The translations under genes were made by a program, and so were the position numbers. Below are positions 23,401 through 36,463 of a DNA stretch of 64,000 nt, piece by piece. The stretch's first letter is position 1; every line of letters starts with the position of its first letter. The stretch is from Spizellomyces punctatus DAOM BR117 (taxonomy: Eukaryota), in assembly GCA_000182565.2 (NCBI GenBank), contig KQ257455.1; one strand, written 5' to 3'. The notes beneath the pieces are model-generated. The model saw only the letters and a program-made list of their open reading frames with translations. It was not told the DNA's origin and ran no database searches.

Positions 23401-26023
23401 CGCCGATACTATTGCCTGGTCTACCGGGTAAAGGCGTTCGTCTGGTCTCATTTTTGTGATGGTGCCAACTACTGCGGTCGTCAGCTTTGGGAGATCCGCT
23501 GTGCCTGGCAAGGATGGTTGGCATTGCTTCGAAACGCTGCCGATCAACGGCCCGTTCGGATATCATTGGCGTACGAGAGCTCTCGTCAGGCCGTGCTTCA
23601 TTCAAAGGAATGGTAGAACCCACTCTTACAGGACTTGGGTTGCGGTAAGCCGGTCTATAGCTGTCATAACACTGCCTCTGCTCCCGATAGACACCAGAGG
23701 ACCTTGGGGGTGATATTGACTGTCGATGATCGACATTTCCTGACATACCATCTTCATTCCTCCCTCTCCGAAAGCTATCAAGTGAGGGGCGTTCAAAAGC
23801 GCGGTTGGATGAAACCGAGGCAATATGAGCAATATGCTCCTTTTTAGGGGTCCATTCACTGGATTTGCGCGCTTTGACGTTTCGGTCGGGTAAGGTCCTC
23901 ATCGGGTGTTGAATGCCAGAATCTCGGACTTCGATTGATAACTCATGGCTGTTGGTAGGTGATGCATCAAGGGCTACTGCTATATCGAAGGGCTCTGTGC
24001 GCCCAACGAGCTCCGACATCGGTACCACTCCTGGGACACTGGCGGGCTTGCTGGGCATACTCGGGTAAGGTGGATTGCTATATGGCTCAGAAGACCCCAT
24101 ATCTTTTGCTGACGATGCAGTAGGTGTCCTGCGATTCGCATGATGGGATTGCGTTGACTCCAATGCTTCCATGCCAGAACCAGTGGGCACTTGCGAAGGA
24201 GGCTCAACGTCGCTGGTTGTATCTCCTTCATATGACGCCGCAACGAGACCACCTAAATGTGAATTCGCAAGATCAAAATGCTTTTGATGCTGATCTACAT
24301 TTCGTTGATCTGCTATTAGATTTTTCGACTCATGAGCAGACACTTCGACACGCATCCTTTGATCTGCACGATGATGTTCTTCGTCCTCATTGGTGATTGA
24401 GTCCCCTGCCTTCTCTATATTGTCACGTAGCCCCGGCTTGGCTTCTGAACGAAGATAAGGAACATGGATTGATTAAGTGAATTAGCGCGCAGAGGAGCAG
24501 ATCAGGTATGGTCGAATTACTCGACAGAGACGGAGCAAACTCTCACGCGAGAATCTGCACTTTGCTGAGCAAGAGTGCATGCCCATAGATGAAGTACCTT
24601 CTGCATGTGATTCTGATATAGATTGACCTTCTTGTTGATGCCGCACTGTCGCTGCTCGCGCAGGGAATGCACGTGGTGTCCACTTACGGCCTTCCGCAGC
24701 GTTATCCAATGTAATATGATCTTCTGATATCATATTTGCAGTGTCTTTAGAGGCTCCCTCATTCGGATTCGTGCCGGTACCATTATGACTCTCCCTCACC
24801 GATGACGGTGAAAACATCATACCATGTCGTTTGCTGTTCTGCTCCGCGGTAGCAGTAATAGCAATCTCAGAGGGGTCTGCATCACTACCGCGGGTATCTG
24901 GGGAAAACCAGGGCGATACGCCCTTCACCATAAGTAGCAGTAAATATTTATCTATCACCAAACGCCGACATACATTGCGCGGTCCCCTCAGTTTTTACGA
25001 CATCCTTCTGAAAAGTCTGAGACAGTCTGTTAGTCTGTTAATATGAAAAAGATGCAGATTTGAAAAAATCGAAGAAAATCGCTTGCGAACGGTCTCACCT
25101 CGTTGCGGCGGGGCTTCTCGCTGTAAGCATCTAAACCTGATCCCGCTGCCGACTTGCTACGTGAAGCAAGTCTCGTCGAACGACGAGGTGGATGGTCCCC
25201 TTCACTCTCAGTTTCTGATGCTTCAGAAAGACTGGGAAGAACGCCAGCGGCAGCCACTGTGTCGTGTGACACTATTTGCGGCCGTGAGTCGGGTTCAGAT
25301 ACGACAGTGTCCTTCTGCGGCTGTTCAGTAATGGTACCCGTAGTTTCAACGGCTTCTTCTGCTGTGTCTACTCCGCTACTGAGCTGTCGCTTTCGACGTT
25401 TAATCTCCTCTAGTGACAAAGGGGACGTGAAGGTGTGCTGCGATCCGCTACGCTGGCTGCTCCCTCGGCGGTTCCTGACAGTATCATCATGAACACCCTG
25501 CTGCTCACTTCTTTCCGTCATGGAATCTGCACCAGAATTATCCACGTATGGGGTACGTTCTCTACCTCCTCTGCGGCGTCCTCTGATTCCACCGTGTAAG
25601 GCAGGTTCACTAGAAATTTCTCTGGTGTAGACTGGATGTAATTCCTGTTCCTCTTGTGCAATATCAAAGTCTTCGGGTTGGGAAAGATAATCCTATCGCA
25701 TATGAATGAGACAACCAGCCTATGACTTGCACACTTCAGGACATCTTTCATACCCTGGCTACATTCCGCTGAATCGGAGTATGAGACTCAAACTGTCCTA
25801 GATCTTGTTGGTCAAAGTCATCCTCTCCCAAGTTCCCAGACTCTTCATATTCCATCTCTTGTGTGCCACCGTATGATTCAGATTCACTTGCGTCCAACTT
25901 TAATCCACCGCGCGGACGACGTCGTCCTGACCGACGCCTATTTCTTGCTTCTGAACTGCCGTGTCTAGCTGCGCGACCACGCCCTCCTCCATTGTCAAAT
26001 CTGCCGAACCCGCGCCTACTCAT
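20464..26023 (-). CDS. Large multi-exon protein: RG-rich disordered N-terminus, PPR-like helical repeats and an SMR-like C-terminal domain
   Basis: Chained long ORFs (25748-26119, 25030-25545, 24482-24961, 22538-24355, 21021-22538, 20573-21073) joined at GT-AG junctions; PPR-like units such as TLNEIISYYVEVNEHEYAFYIFEYM and VAAVLKSLCARKQWKTAEEFVSQWESMG. Confidence 0.7.
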
Positions 26024-26146
26024 CGCACCAAGTAGTGCTGGTGTGAGCAATTGCATGTCCCGTTTGTCACGTAGGCAAACCATCGGCGGCGCGGCGCTTA
26101 GGCACGTGAGGACAACCACCAGCAGTTTGCAAGGCTCACCAATGGA

Positions 26147-26656
26147 ATGATTTTGGCCAACGGGAACATTATGCCATTAACGAGAGAGGTCCTGAAATTG
26201 TATCGTGAGCTTCTGCGGGTATGTTAGTGTACAGTTGGTTTTTGGCACCAAGTTTTATTTGCGCGCTGACTTTGCGGCGTGCAGACGGCACGTAAGCTGC
26301 CTACCCAAGAGCGCCGTGATATCGTTTGCAACCGCATCCGCCACGAGTTCCGTCAGGCACGAAACGCTAAACCTATTAGCGACTCCCATCATTCCATTAC
26401 GGAGGAGGGCTCAGATCGTTGGTATCTGAACTATGGACTGGTTCAGTTGGAAAATCTCCGTGTACAAGTGGATCATTTGAACACTCTAGCTCAACAGGAG
26501 AACCAGCTCATAATTCCGATAGATATATATCAAGCAGATCAGCAGCGATGGGGTAGATGGGCCGGAAGAGGCAAAGCCTGGGGGAAGTGGAAGCGAAGCG
26601 CACCACCTATGGAGGGCCAGAATAAATCAGAGCGATTACCGATGGGTAAAGATTAA
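26147..26656 (+). CDS. LYR-motif (Complex1_LYR) protein
   Basis: EVLKLYRELLR|TARKLP..IRHEFRQ; intron at 26219-26284. Start is 26147 or 26171. Confidence 0.85.
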
Positions 26657-28145
26657 TCTATTTCCTTTGGTGACCCTGCACTCCGCCATCGAACAAATCT
26701 ATCTGCGGTTACCCGTCGCAATTCATCGAGGTGCAAAAGGAGCAGTGCTTCTTTGAATTGCCCAAACTCGTTGAGCAGATTTCTTTCTTCCCCTTCTCCA
26801 ACCGCCTTCGATTGCGCTTTGCGCACTGCTGCTCGCTTGTATGCACGTGCAGAAATGGCAAATGGAGGCACACCCACTGTTTTTGCGTCAACCAGAATCA
26901 TCAACTCCTCCTTGCTCAATCCAAATCCAAACGTTTCTATGCCTGCCTTGGCCAACACCTCTATTATTTCCTTCTTTGCGGCAAAAGCTTCGTCGAACGT
27001 CATAGTGTCTGATCGCACAAGTACAGGTACCACACTCGATACTTTCGCCAATCTTCTCATGTATTCGACATCCACACCAGTAATTCGATGGAGCATGCAA
27101 TAAACCGACACATCAACATGGGTATGCGCACCCGTCGAGGCCGCAAGAAATCGCACGAGTTGAGTTGGCGTGGCCTCTCGTGTAAAGGCTTGATTTGTCT
27201 TTTGAAATTGGGCCAGATGGTACGCGACAACTGGACGAATGATTGATAGGGCATCCACTGTACAGCCATACCCAGGACTGTCGATGATCCTGAGATTGTA
27301 TTTCTCTTCTGCAACAAGTAACGAATTTGTAGGGACCGTGGATGCCCGATACTCTCGCAGGACTAAGGGGCTCGGGTCGGATGAAAATGGTTCGTTGTTT
27401 GGTGGTATCGGGTCAGCTGCGGTAATTTCAGGAATGCTCAAGAGTTCATGAATAAGAGTCGTCTATAAAATAAACCGACGGTGTCAATAGAGTCTCAAAA
27501 CCTTTCCCTCACTGATTTGTTCTGAATCGTAAAACCCCACCTTTCCAATGCCAGAGTCACCCACAATCGATAATTTCACATTTCCAATATCGGCTGCTCC
27601 TCGCGCCCTACTCCTTCGACCTGTCTCTAGATCATTCATCTTTTTCTTTACTTCCTGCAAGCCTGGTGGTTTTGCAGCCAGAGCTCGCTTTGTGCCAAGG
27701 TGGGACGACCTGCGTTCTCCAACGACAAGCGAGGCTACTCTGGAGGGAGCTGATGTCTTTGCCGCTCCCTTTCCCTCCACGGGAGCTACAGCGTGAACAT
27801 TTTGAAGAAAGTTGCGCGGGGCAAGGCCCACCGCACCAGTTTGTTCATTCTTGGCCAAAATCCAACCTGAAGGTGAGCGGAGTAGTTCCAAGGTGAGAAG
27901 ACGCAAGGAACTTGGCGAAATCGAGTTCTTATGATATCCGTACTAACCGTCGTCATAGGCGTGAAGGAGTATTACTCTATCTCCGGCTGTCAATTGCAAC
28001 TCATCGCCGTGGACAGGTACATAGCCCGCATAGGCAACAAACCGCTCTTCGTTTGTAAGCACAATTTTGGTGAGGTTAAAAAGTATTCCTTTTCATACAT
28101 AATATGCATATCTCTTGTTCTTGCACCTTCTATCTTTTCAGCCAT
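26653..28145 (-). CDS. SH3 domain fused to a divergent septin-like GTPase
   Basis: SH3: FVAYAGYVPVHGDELQLTAGDRVILLHAYDD|GWILAKNEQTGAVGLAPRNFL. Septin: IVGDSGIGK|TT, IIDSPGYG, HVDVSVYC, VVPVLVRSDTMT, PPFAIS, and a septin-unique-element-like EFGQFKEALLLLHLDELRRVT. Confidence 0.8.
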
Positions 28146-28471
28146 TTAATTGGCTCCACAGGTTGAGTGATGGCTGATTTGCACCGTCCTAAAACAAACG
28201 ACAATGGCGGACTATTCCATCAATTACACCGTCAAAAGCCACGAAGCGCAGGAGGACATTGGAGCCGGTTACACGCGTCAAAGGGTCGCTTCGTTCGCGT
28301 TCTCCATCTGCCATCTGTCTTTTATGTTTCTGGCTTCATCTGGCCGTTGACAAACAGCGCATGGTAAGCGAAAAGGTCAGTTCAAAGAACTTTTTGGAAA
28401 GTAGGAGTATCTGCAAACTGCAAATGCTGATATGATGTGATCTAGCAGGTGATTGTCAAATCTCAAGAAAC

Positions 28472-30141
28472 ATGTCAAGTGTCTCCATTGGTACGCTTCA
28501 ATGCCTTCTCCCCTCGCTCTCTGCCAGCCATCTGTTTAACTTGAGCAAACTGCAGGAGGATTGGGACATTGGCCTGTGTGGGCTGTAGTATTATCCCTTC
28601 TCATCTTACTATTATGTTGTGGAACGTTCGCATTCCTGCTGTACCGCAGCCGCGCCGGTACTTCGAAACCGTCGGGTTGCTTGTCCTTCTGGGAACGCGA
28701 AGCCCGTCTGGATATCGAAGCAGCTGATTCGAAGCATGAAATTTTGCATGTCCATAATGTGGGCGCAACACCGGGACCTGAGAAGCTTCTGTTTTCAAAA
28801 CCCTCGCTGAGAGCCATGGCGCTTTTAAAGAAAAGTTCAAGGGAGGAGATCGGGAAGCACCCGAACGGTTGGGACAAGAGCGATGAGCAACCGGGAACAG
28901 ATGACGCGGCAAGGTCGTCGGACACATTCTTCTCGCTTGCATGTCCCGGATCGCATCAATCCTGGTCGTTACCTGTGTCGTGTGATTCAAATCCTTTCTT
29001 ACAGTATGCACAAGCTCTCGGATCAGGTATAGCCGACGTGAAGCGGCTGTCCTTGGTTCCTATGTCATCCGTGATACATGTTGAAGAGTCTCCCCTCGTG
29101 CAGGAAGCTGAAGCGCAGCTCATTGATCAAAATCGCGGAGGGGACGATGGCACCCGTAGTAACAACGTCAGTCGGCAGGGGTCCAACTTAAAAAGGCAGA
29201 AACGGTCTTTAAAGAAGTCTGCAACTGAGCGACGGGGTAAATTGGTTGAGGATAACAATGGCCAAGTTCCAACGCTGAAGCGATCTGGGACACTTTCACG
29301 ATCCGCGACACATCGGAGAGCACCTCAGGATAACATTGCACTTCGGAATGGTCCATCCTCCGACGAACCAGCGCAGGTCAGATCCAATGACTCTTCAAAT
29401 CAACAGGAAATACGGGAACTAGATGCAGACAGAGAATTGTCGGATGGGCATGGAAAAGCGAAACGCAGAGCTTCTGCACCCACCCGAAACTCGCGTAGCG
29501 GGCGGAAGAAACTTGTCAAATCAACTGTGACAGACAAAGTCAGACGCTCCTGTACAGTTTCCGGTAACGTTCGACCGACCGGTAATGCTGAGCGTCAACA
29601 ATTTTCCGTCGCCAGCGGAACCGAATCATCAGGGGACGATACTCCACTAGATGACAAGTCTCGAAGAGGGTTCATTATTGACGGATGCGCAAAGCGCGCG
29701 CCAGCCCGTCTTCAAAAGGCGGAGCGACCCTCTGATTTTGAGGGAAATGAGCAGGGCATACATGATGGTAAATTATCAAATTTCTCACAGTGCAGTTTAA
29801 CTGTTGATACCCGAAACCTACACGAGTCCGACTTGGGTGACCGTCCCTCAGCGTCACATATTAGCACCCATGGACGCAGTGAACATGCTTGCTCGGCAGG
29901 GCTGCACCGGACGCAAAGTACTCTATACCTGGGAGAGCGAGCAAAAATCGAGAGACAGAATGCAGTGAGATTTTTAGCACGAAGCTCCAGTTATCGCGTT
30001 ATGAAGATGCAAGAACGCCATGAAAGCTCATCACAAGCTGAAAACGAAAGTTGGACCGCGATCCTGGAAGAATATACTCAGGCGTGGGCTAGCTCATCGA
30101 CTGCGGTGGAGCAGACGACCGACAGGTTTGGAGAGCGGTGA
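28472..30141 (+). CDS. Single-pass membrane protein with a long disordered basic/Ser-rich tail
   Basis: 526-codon open frame with N-terminal hydrophobic segment WPVWAVVLSLLILLLCCGTFAFLLY; short first exon MSSVSI inferred from ATG 28472 and a gtacgc donor. Confidence 0.65.
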
Positions 30142-30477
30142 CCAAGAACATGCGGTCCCGCGTCGCCATTGTAGTCGGTGAGATGAAGCTATCGTCATTG
30201 CGGGAAGCGCTCTCGAAATTATCTTATTAGATATCTATAAATCTTAATACTTCTTAGTCATGGAAGATGTACTTAGTGTTGGCTTATAATAATAAATAGT
30301 AAGAACTAGAACAACAGCGGTTTAAAAATACGATGTTATTTGCCATTTGCGATAAAGGCTAATTACAAAAGCTTCCAAAATATGTATCCTATAAACTCAC
30401 TCCCAAAGATATCGAGAATGCTACATCCTTCAGCCCTTTCATGGGATATCACTTGGTATATCCTAGTGTCCCCCAGC

Positions 30478-31275
30478 TTATCTCGGATGAGGCGTAAGCG
30501 AGTGAGGAAGGCTGTCGATACTGAAATCATCTGCAAAAGGATCTACAATCGGCGCCTGAGTTTGGGCCGGAGGATGTGAAGGTGTGTAAGAAAATGCGGA
30601 GGTGTGAGAGGCAGGCTGCCCTTGATCCTGGGGCGTGTAGGAGAACGCAGGTTTGGGAGTGGGAAAGGCTAGATGGCGTGCTTCAGAAGATGAAAATGGC
30701 TGGAGTTTCCAAACGTCACTTTCAAAAGGTGAGGCACCCCCCGCCTGGAGTCCAGCCAGATCATCAAAGGGGGACGTGTGCTGCCTATGTTGCGGTGCGC
30801 TACCGCTTCCACCAACGCGATCAAAACCTTCGTCCAATTCACCATCTTTCTCCAACAAAAGCACCACAGCTTCCTCGACATTCCAATTTGTTTTATGTAG
30901 CGCATGTCGAGCCTTTCCCTCCTGCTTGAATCCCATCTGGTGGAGCTGAAATATGGCGTGCTGTTTGGCAGGCGGCAAAGGCGTATATTTATACGTGGGA
31001 TTCGAACTTGTGGGTGTCGAAGACTTTGCTTTTGAGGGCGTTGAGGATAAGGGGTCAAATGAAGACAAGTCAAAGGCATTTGAAGAGTGTGCGGTGCTTG
31101 TCTCAGGAGCGTCGACGTCTCCAGAGACAATAAAGTCGATCGCAGTGTATATCTTCCCCTCAGCTTTTGTTAAAGCCCGTCTATTGATGTCTGGGTCAGG
31201 AAACCCCATGGTTTGGAGGATACGAATCTGTCCAGCAAATATGTCGTCGTCCGGAATAGTCGTTGCACTCGCCAT
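30478..31275 (-). CDS. Protein with two UBA domains
   Basis: QIRILQTMGFPDPDINRRALTKAEGKIYTAIDFI and AIFQLHQMGFKQEGKARHALHKTNWNVEEAVVLL, both with the MGF loop. Confidence 0.85.
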   Translation of the reverse strand: MASATTIPDDDIFAGQIRILQTMGFPDPDINRRALTKAEGKIYTAIDFIVSGDVDAPETSTAHSSNAFDLSSFDPLSSTPSKAKSSTPTSSNPTYKYTPLPPAKQHAIFQLHQMGFKQEGKARHALHKTNWNVEEAVVLLLEKDGELDEGFDRVGGSGSAPQHRQHTSPFDDLAGLQAGGASPFESDVWKLQPFSSSEARHLAFPTPKPAFSYTPQDQGQPASHTSAFSYTPSHPPAQTQAPIVDPFADDFSIDSLPHSLTPHPR

Positions 31276-31576
31276 GTCTTTTTACTCGTTGATGTGATCT
31301 GGGAAGGAAAAGTCCAAAAACCTGACACTAACAGTTAATAACGTCATCCCCTTTGCTGCGCCCTTGAGGCGGTTTCATGACTCACTCAAGCGGGATGTTC
31401 AACTTTGCAAATGAGACAAATGTCGTATTGATTGGCGTTGGATTTTCTTGCTTTTTGGATATTGACGACTGTTTGGCGGAGAGATTGGGCTGTTTTTACC
31501 TGGTATAGTGTTGTGCATGATCTCGGGCGGCGATCTGTAGTGTTTCCATTGACTCAGTCCCCAACAGTAAAACCTC

Positions 31577-34500
31577 ATGCTCGCAGAGCAAAATAATAAC
31601 AGGCTCACAATGGCTGGTGACGGACTGAACCTCGACCAGCTGCAGCAAGCAGAAACTGTGCTTGGTAATAGAATAAAAGACTATGAAAAGAAAATGCGGG
31701 TAGAATTGCAACTCAAGCAGAGTGCTGCCGCAATGGCAAAAGTGCACACTGACAGAAAGTCAAGAAATACTGCGGAGCAGCAAGTTCAGCGTATGTGTCC
31801 TAGTGCTTATGGAGATAGGAAGAATTTTTGGTGATGACACTTGCCTTCGTTTGAACAGTTGCGAACCAAAATCTGGAGACCTTGAGTGTTGAGGTTCTGC
31901 ATGCCATATCAGAATATCGTGGGATTGCAGAACGGCTACGTGCGACGGAGAAATGGCAGCTTCAGGCGCAAAGTGCAGCAATGAGAGGAGAATTGACACC
32001 TCCAATGCCAGTAAGTCTCCAACCAGACGTTTTGGTTGCGGGCACACAGCTCTCATATATCTGTTGACAGCCTCCGCGCTCAGAGACTGCTGCATACCGG
32101 ATGAGCGATTCCCAGAGAAATACAACAGAACTATATCGCCCAGCAAAGCGAACCTCTGTAGCTGTGATGGTTCCCCCACGACATGATTCCACCTTTGACG
32201 TTGCAAATCCACCCCCTGTGCCATCAAAGCCAGGTCTCTCCCGCAGCTCCACTGGAATTAACTTTGCTAGCTACGGGTATAGTCCTGCTGGAGCCCCTTC
32301 GACGATGCCGCTGGGCTTTCAAGGTCCGACCGAACGAGAACTCATGGAAAGGGTTCGAGCGCAAGCAGACGAGCTTTCCCGGAAGGATATTGAGCTGGGA
32401 CACCTGACGAGCTTATTGCGCGAGGCAGAAGAGCATTTGAGACGTTTCCAGCAAAATCCACCTCCGCTACCCCCTCGTAACGAATCAGAACTTCAGCAGC
32501 AGATTGCGTCATTAGTGGAGCAAAAAAAGAATTTGGAAATGCAGCTGTGGAACGCTGAAAAGACCATTTCGGACCTGCAGTACAAAAAAGACGCTGATAT
32601 GAAGGCACCTCAGTGGAATGCAATAACTGCCGAACGCGATCGTCTTGCAGCCAGGGTTGCGGAATTGGAACTGGAGAATAGTAATCTCTGCAGATCCCGT
32701 GGGGGTACAGAACCTCACAACGAATCTGGAGAAGATGCGAATGAAACAATAGCGCGCTTGAAGCACGAGCTCGTTAATATGGAAGAGAAGGCAAAAGTGG
32801 CGGAAACTGAATGTGAGAAGGCTCAGCGTGCAAGTAGAGACTACTTGAATACAGTGACGCTCCTTGAAAATCAGCTATCTCAAGAAGGATCTGGCCACCA
32901 AACCTTTGATGCGGCTAAAATGGCTGGCGACTACAAAGCACAGATCCAAGAATTGGAGCAACAAGTAGGTCATGGTTGCTACGGGGAATATTTGAATCCG
33001 TCCTAATATTTTTCCCTTTGCCAAGCTTGAGGGTTTGCAGCAACGCAATGCCAATTTGGATGCGCAGACACGGCACTTGGCAAAGCTGTTGGAAGTCCGC
33101 AATACAAATCTTGGATCAGCTGGATCAGATGAAGGATTGCTAATCGAGAGCCTGCAAGCCAAGTTAACCGCTGTTGAGAACACCCTCCTCACAACAAAAG
33201 AGAATGCAGAGCGTAAACGAAACGCATTGAAAGCAGCGCTGGCTGTCTCTCAAAAGGAAGTGGCCGCTTTGGCGGATGAACGGCTGCAGCTGCAAAACAC
33301 CTTGGCTGCGTCGGAGCGAACATGGGCTGAGCGCTTGAAAGCCCAGGAGGCCGAGCTCGAAACGCTTCGCAGTCAGGTCATCTCTGGTTCCCATACCACC
33401 ACACATGAACATGATATTGAGCGATCCAGTCAAGATACAGACACTCAGCTCGAAGATATGCGCTCCAAGCTCCTGGAGAATGAGAATGAGTTAGAACGGA
33501 TGCGGACCCACTCGGCTCAAATGGAAAAATCATGGACAGATGCCTCACGCCAACAGATGGAAGAGTATCAATCAATGATAGTAAACTTGCAGAAGAAGCT
33601 TGCGGTGTTGGGCTCTGAACTCGAAACGGTTCAGTCGGAAAACGACAAGTTAAATGCTTCTCTCACTCAAGCAAATGCTTATGCTCAGAGCGCTTCTGAC
33701 CTGGAAAATATGCAGACACGACATAAAGAGGAAATGCAGCATATCGTTTCAACCGCAGCATCCAGACAGGCGGCCTTGGAGCAAGAGCTTAGTCAATTAC
33801 GAGAAGAGGTGGAAAAGTTAGTTCATGAGAAAAAGAACTTGGAGCTGCGGTGCGCGGGACATGAAAAGGAAAAGGTCGTTATTGAAGAAAACGCGATAAG
33901 ACAGTGCTCTGCGACGCACGAAATGGAAAGGAAAGAGCTTGAAGATGCGCTTGTTGACGAGCGTCAGAAGACGAGGGCGCTGGAGATGGATCTTTCGAAC
34001 ATACGACAGCAATTGGAAGGTGCGGTGAGCAAGGTGTCACAGCTTGACAAGCACTTGAATGCGGTCAAAGGAGAGAAGGAAGCTTTAGAATCCGAGTTTG
34101 CCAGCTTGCGGAAGGCAAAGGATGAGCTGCAGACGTCTCATGCCAAGGAGTTTGACTCGGTTCGTCAGCTTCTGGAGGGGGTACGCCAAGAACTTGTTCG
34201 ATATCAGAACGAAAACAAGGAGTGTCACGCGCAAATTGACGAGCTCCAGCTGAAGTTGTCTGAGTCAAACAGTAGTTGTGAACACCTGGCCGAAACCACA
34301 GAAACATTGCGTAAAGAGCATCAGGAGCTGCAAAAGCAGTATAAAGTTGTGCAAGGGGCCTTGGCAGATCAGCAGGAACTCCAGAAACGACTTTTCGAAG
34401 CAGAGGCGGTACACAGTAAAGGCTCTTCTGAGCTATCAGTATTAACCACCCAGCTGGCAGCATTAGAACAAGAACGACACGCATTAACAGAAAGCCTATC

Positions 34501-35068
34501 TGCATCGCAAAAGGAGAAGATGGAGCAGATTAATCTTGTTACGTCTCTGAAACAGAAGGTGGACCAGCTGGGAGTGCGCTTAGTGCAGGCCGAAACGGAG
34601 AGGGATAATGTTGTCCGCGACATGGCGCAACTGCGAAGTGAGATCGACCTTCTCCGAGCGGATAAGGAAGCTCTGGAGACAAAATTGTCAGCATTCCAAC
34701 GAGATAAGCAAGCAGCTGACACCCTACTTTCTACGTTGAGTGGAGAGAATAAACAACTGGCCGCTCGTGGAAAAGACCTTCAGTCCGAAGTGAAGCGGCT
34801 AACCACCCAGCTTGCAGACGTTCGAATCCATGAACCTCCGACCCCGCCCCAGCCATCAGAGCTCACTCCGCCATCATCACCAAAAAGAGAAGACGAAGGT
34901 CTGCAGGATCTTATTGCCAAAAACATGCAACTGGCCATTGATCTTGCCGACAAAGAGCGGGAGCTGGAGGAGCTTCAGCGCAAGTTGCGAAGAGAAGTTG
35001 AGGAGAAGAATATGCTGGCGAAAAAATTTGAAGAGGAGGCGAAGAAGGGTACAAGTTGGTGGGGATAG
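31577..35068 (+). CDS. Long coiled-coil protein with an N-terminal Uds1/HR1-like helical domain, multi-exon
   Basis: NRIKDYEKKMRVELQLKQSAAAMAKVH..ANQNLETLSVEV resembles the up-regulated-during-septation domain; ~900 aa of heptad-rich sequence; ends GTSWWG. Confidence 0.75.
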
Positions 35069-35151
35069 TCAAATTACTGTAATGGTTGGCATTTTGGTTG
35101 TATTGTACTGAAGCACGCGAAAATGGATTATATCTCATACGGCCATGGCCT

Positions 35152-35283
35152 TTGTCTCACCCTACCGTTCACCATTACGCAGCAGCCAAGCGCATCCTAC
35201 GCAGCCTCAAAGGCACCAAAGCATTGATTTGCATTACCCACCGTAGACTGATACGTTTTTTTGGCTTTTCGAATGCAGAGTAC
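35152..35283 (+). mobile_element. Ty1/copia retrotransposon RT-RNase H junction fragment
   Basis: LSHPTVHHYAAAKRILRSLKGTKAL...FFGFSNAEY matches the copia consensus P...H..AAKRILRYLKGT...GYSDADW. Confidence 0.75.
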
Positions 35284-36361
35284 ACTTGCAGATGTTGACG
35301 CACGCCATTCTGGACGTGGGGAGCCGGTGGACTTTGGTACTGCACCTGTGACTAAACCATAGCGACAACTGCTTCGGACGGGCAACTCAGCTACTACTAT
35401 ATGGCGAAAGTAGGTGTAGCCGACGCTCGATGAAATACAGGTCCAAGCACACAGCAACACCCAAACATAGCACACACAGGTATCGCGCATACTACACCCA
35501 GAGAGACAGAGAGACCTATCTCATATGGTTGCCAAGCTAGATCTTGGCACACGCCGAGGGCATGCTTTTGCGTGACTAGAACCAGGATATCAATGGCGCA
35601 GAATATGGAACTTTGACGCTGGTCTGTGGCCCCAATATCCACTGGATGACTCAAGGAACGCACAATGCATGATGGCACCGGCAAACATGGAATTCCTACA
35701 ATGGTTGGACAATGCACTTTACTGCAGAAGAATCCGGGGAGGCCAATGCCCGTGTGAGTCGGATCTTCATTTCCAGCTCATTCCCCTGGGTATTTGCTTG
35801 AGACAAGAATTGTCCGTCGCGATCGGACATATTACTTTAGAGCCAATCAGAGTGCATGCACGTGGCAAGCACCGTTCGGACATCCTGCAGCTATAAAAAG
35901 GGCGCGTTGGACAACCAGCTCCTTTCCACACAACTTTCTCACGCCTGCCAACAAAAGGAATCCTGCGCATTTCTTCCAATCTGGCGGACAGCAACCACCC
36001 CGACCCGTATAATATTTGGAGGAAATCTTGGGAAACGATGTAAACACTTTCCGCTCATTGAAGGCCTCAGAAGCGCGTTTACAGAGCTCTGATATGGGAT
36101 GTCACTGTATTCACTGGTGTTTTCGCGTATCAGTGGTGTGCGCGCAAAGGTAGTCAGTGCCCCTTTGTCCCAAACTGCGCCTGGAGGGGCTGATATTCAC
36201 CGTCTGCCTGCAAGGGCTTATATCACCGCATTCAGCTCGTATCTTGGTGATGCCGGGCCGCTGGACTAAGGAGTACCTTGGGATGAAGTCTGTGGGCCTT
36301 TGTAGCATCACCCTAGGGTGGTTAGACTTAGTCGCACACTCTAGTGTAGTCTCACCTGTTA

Positions 36362-36463
36362 GCGCAATATCTTTAATGATCAAAACATTGCGTGGAGAGC
36401 AGGCATCGGCTGCGCAATATCTTTGAAGATGAAAACATTGCGCGGAGAACAGGCAGCCGATGC
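36362..36463. repeat. Two 50-bp tandem units, each a hairpin, with mutually complementary tails
   Basis: Units start at 36362 and 36412 (gcgcaat...attgcgt/c); gcatcggctgc (36403-36413) is the exact reverse complement of gcagccgatgc (36453-36463). Confidence 0.8.
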
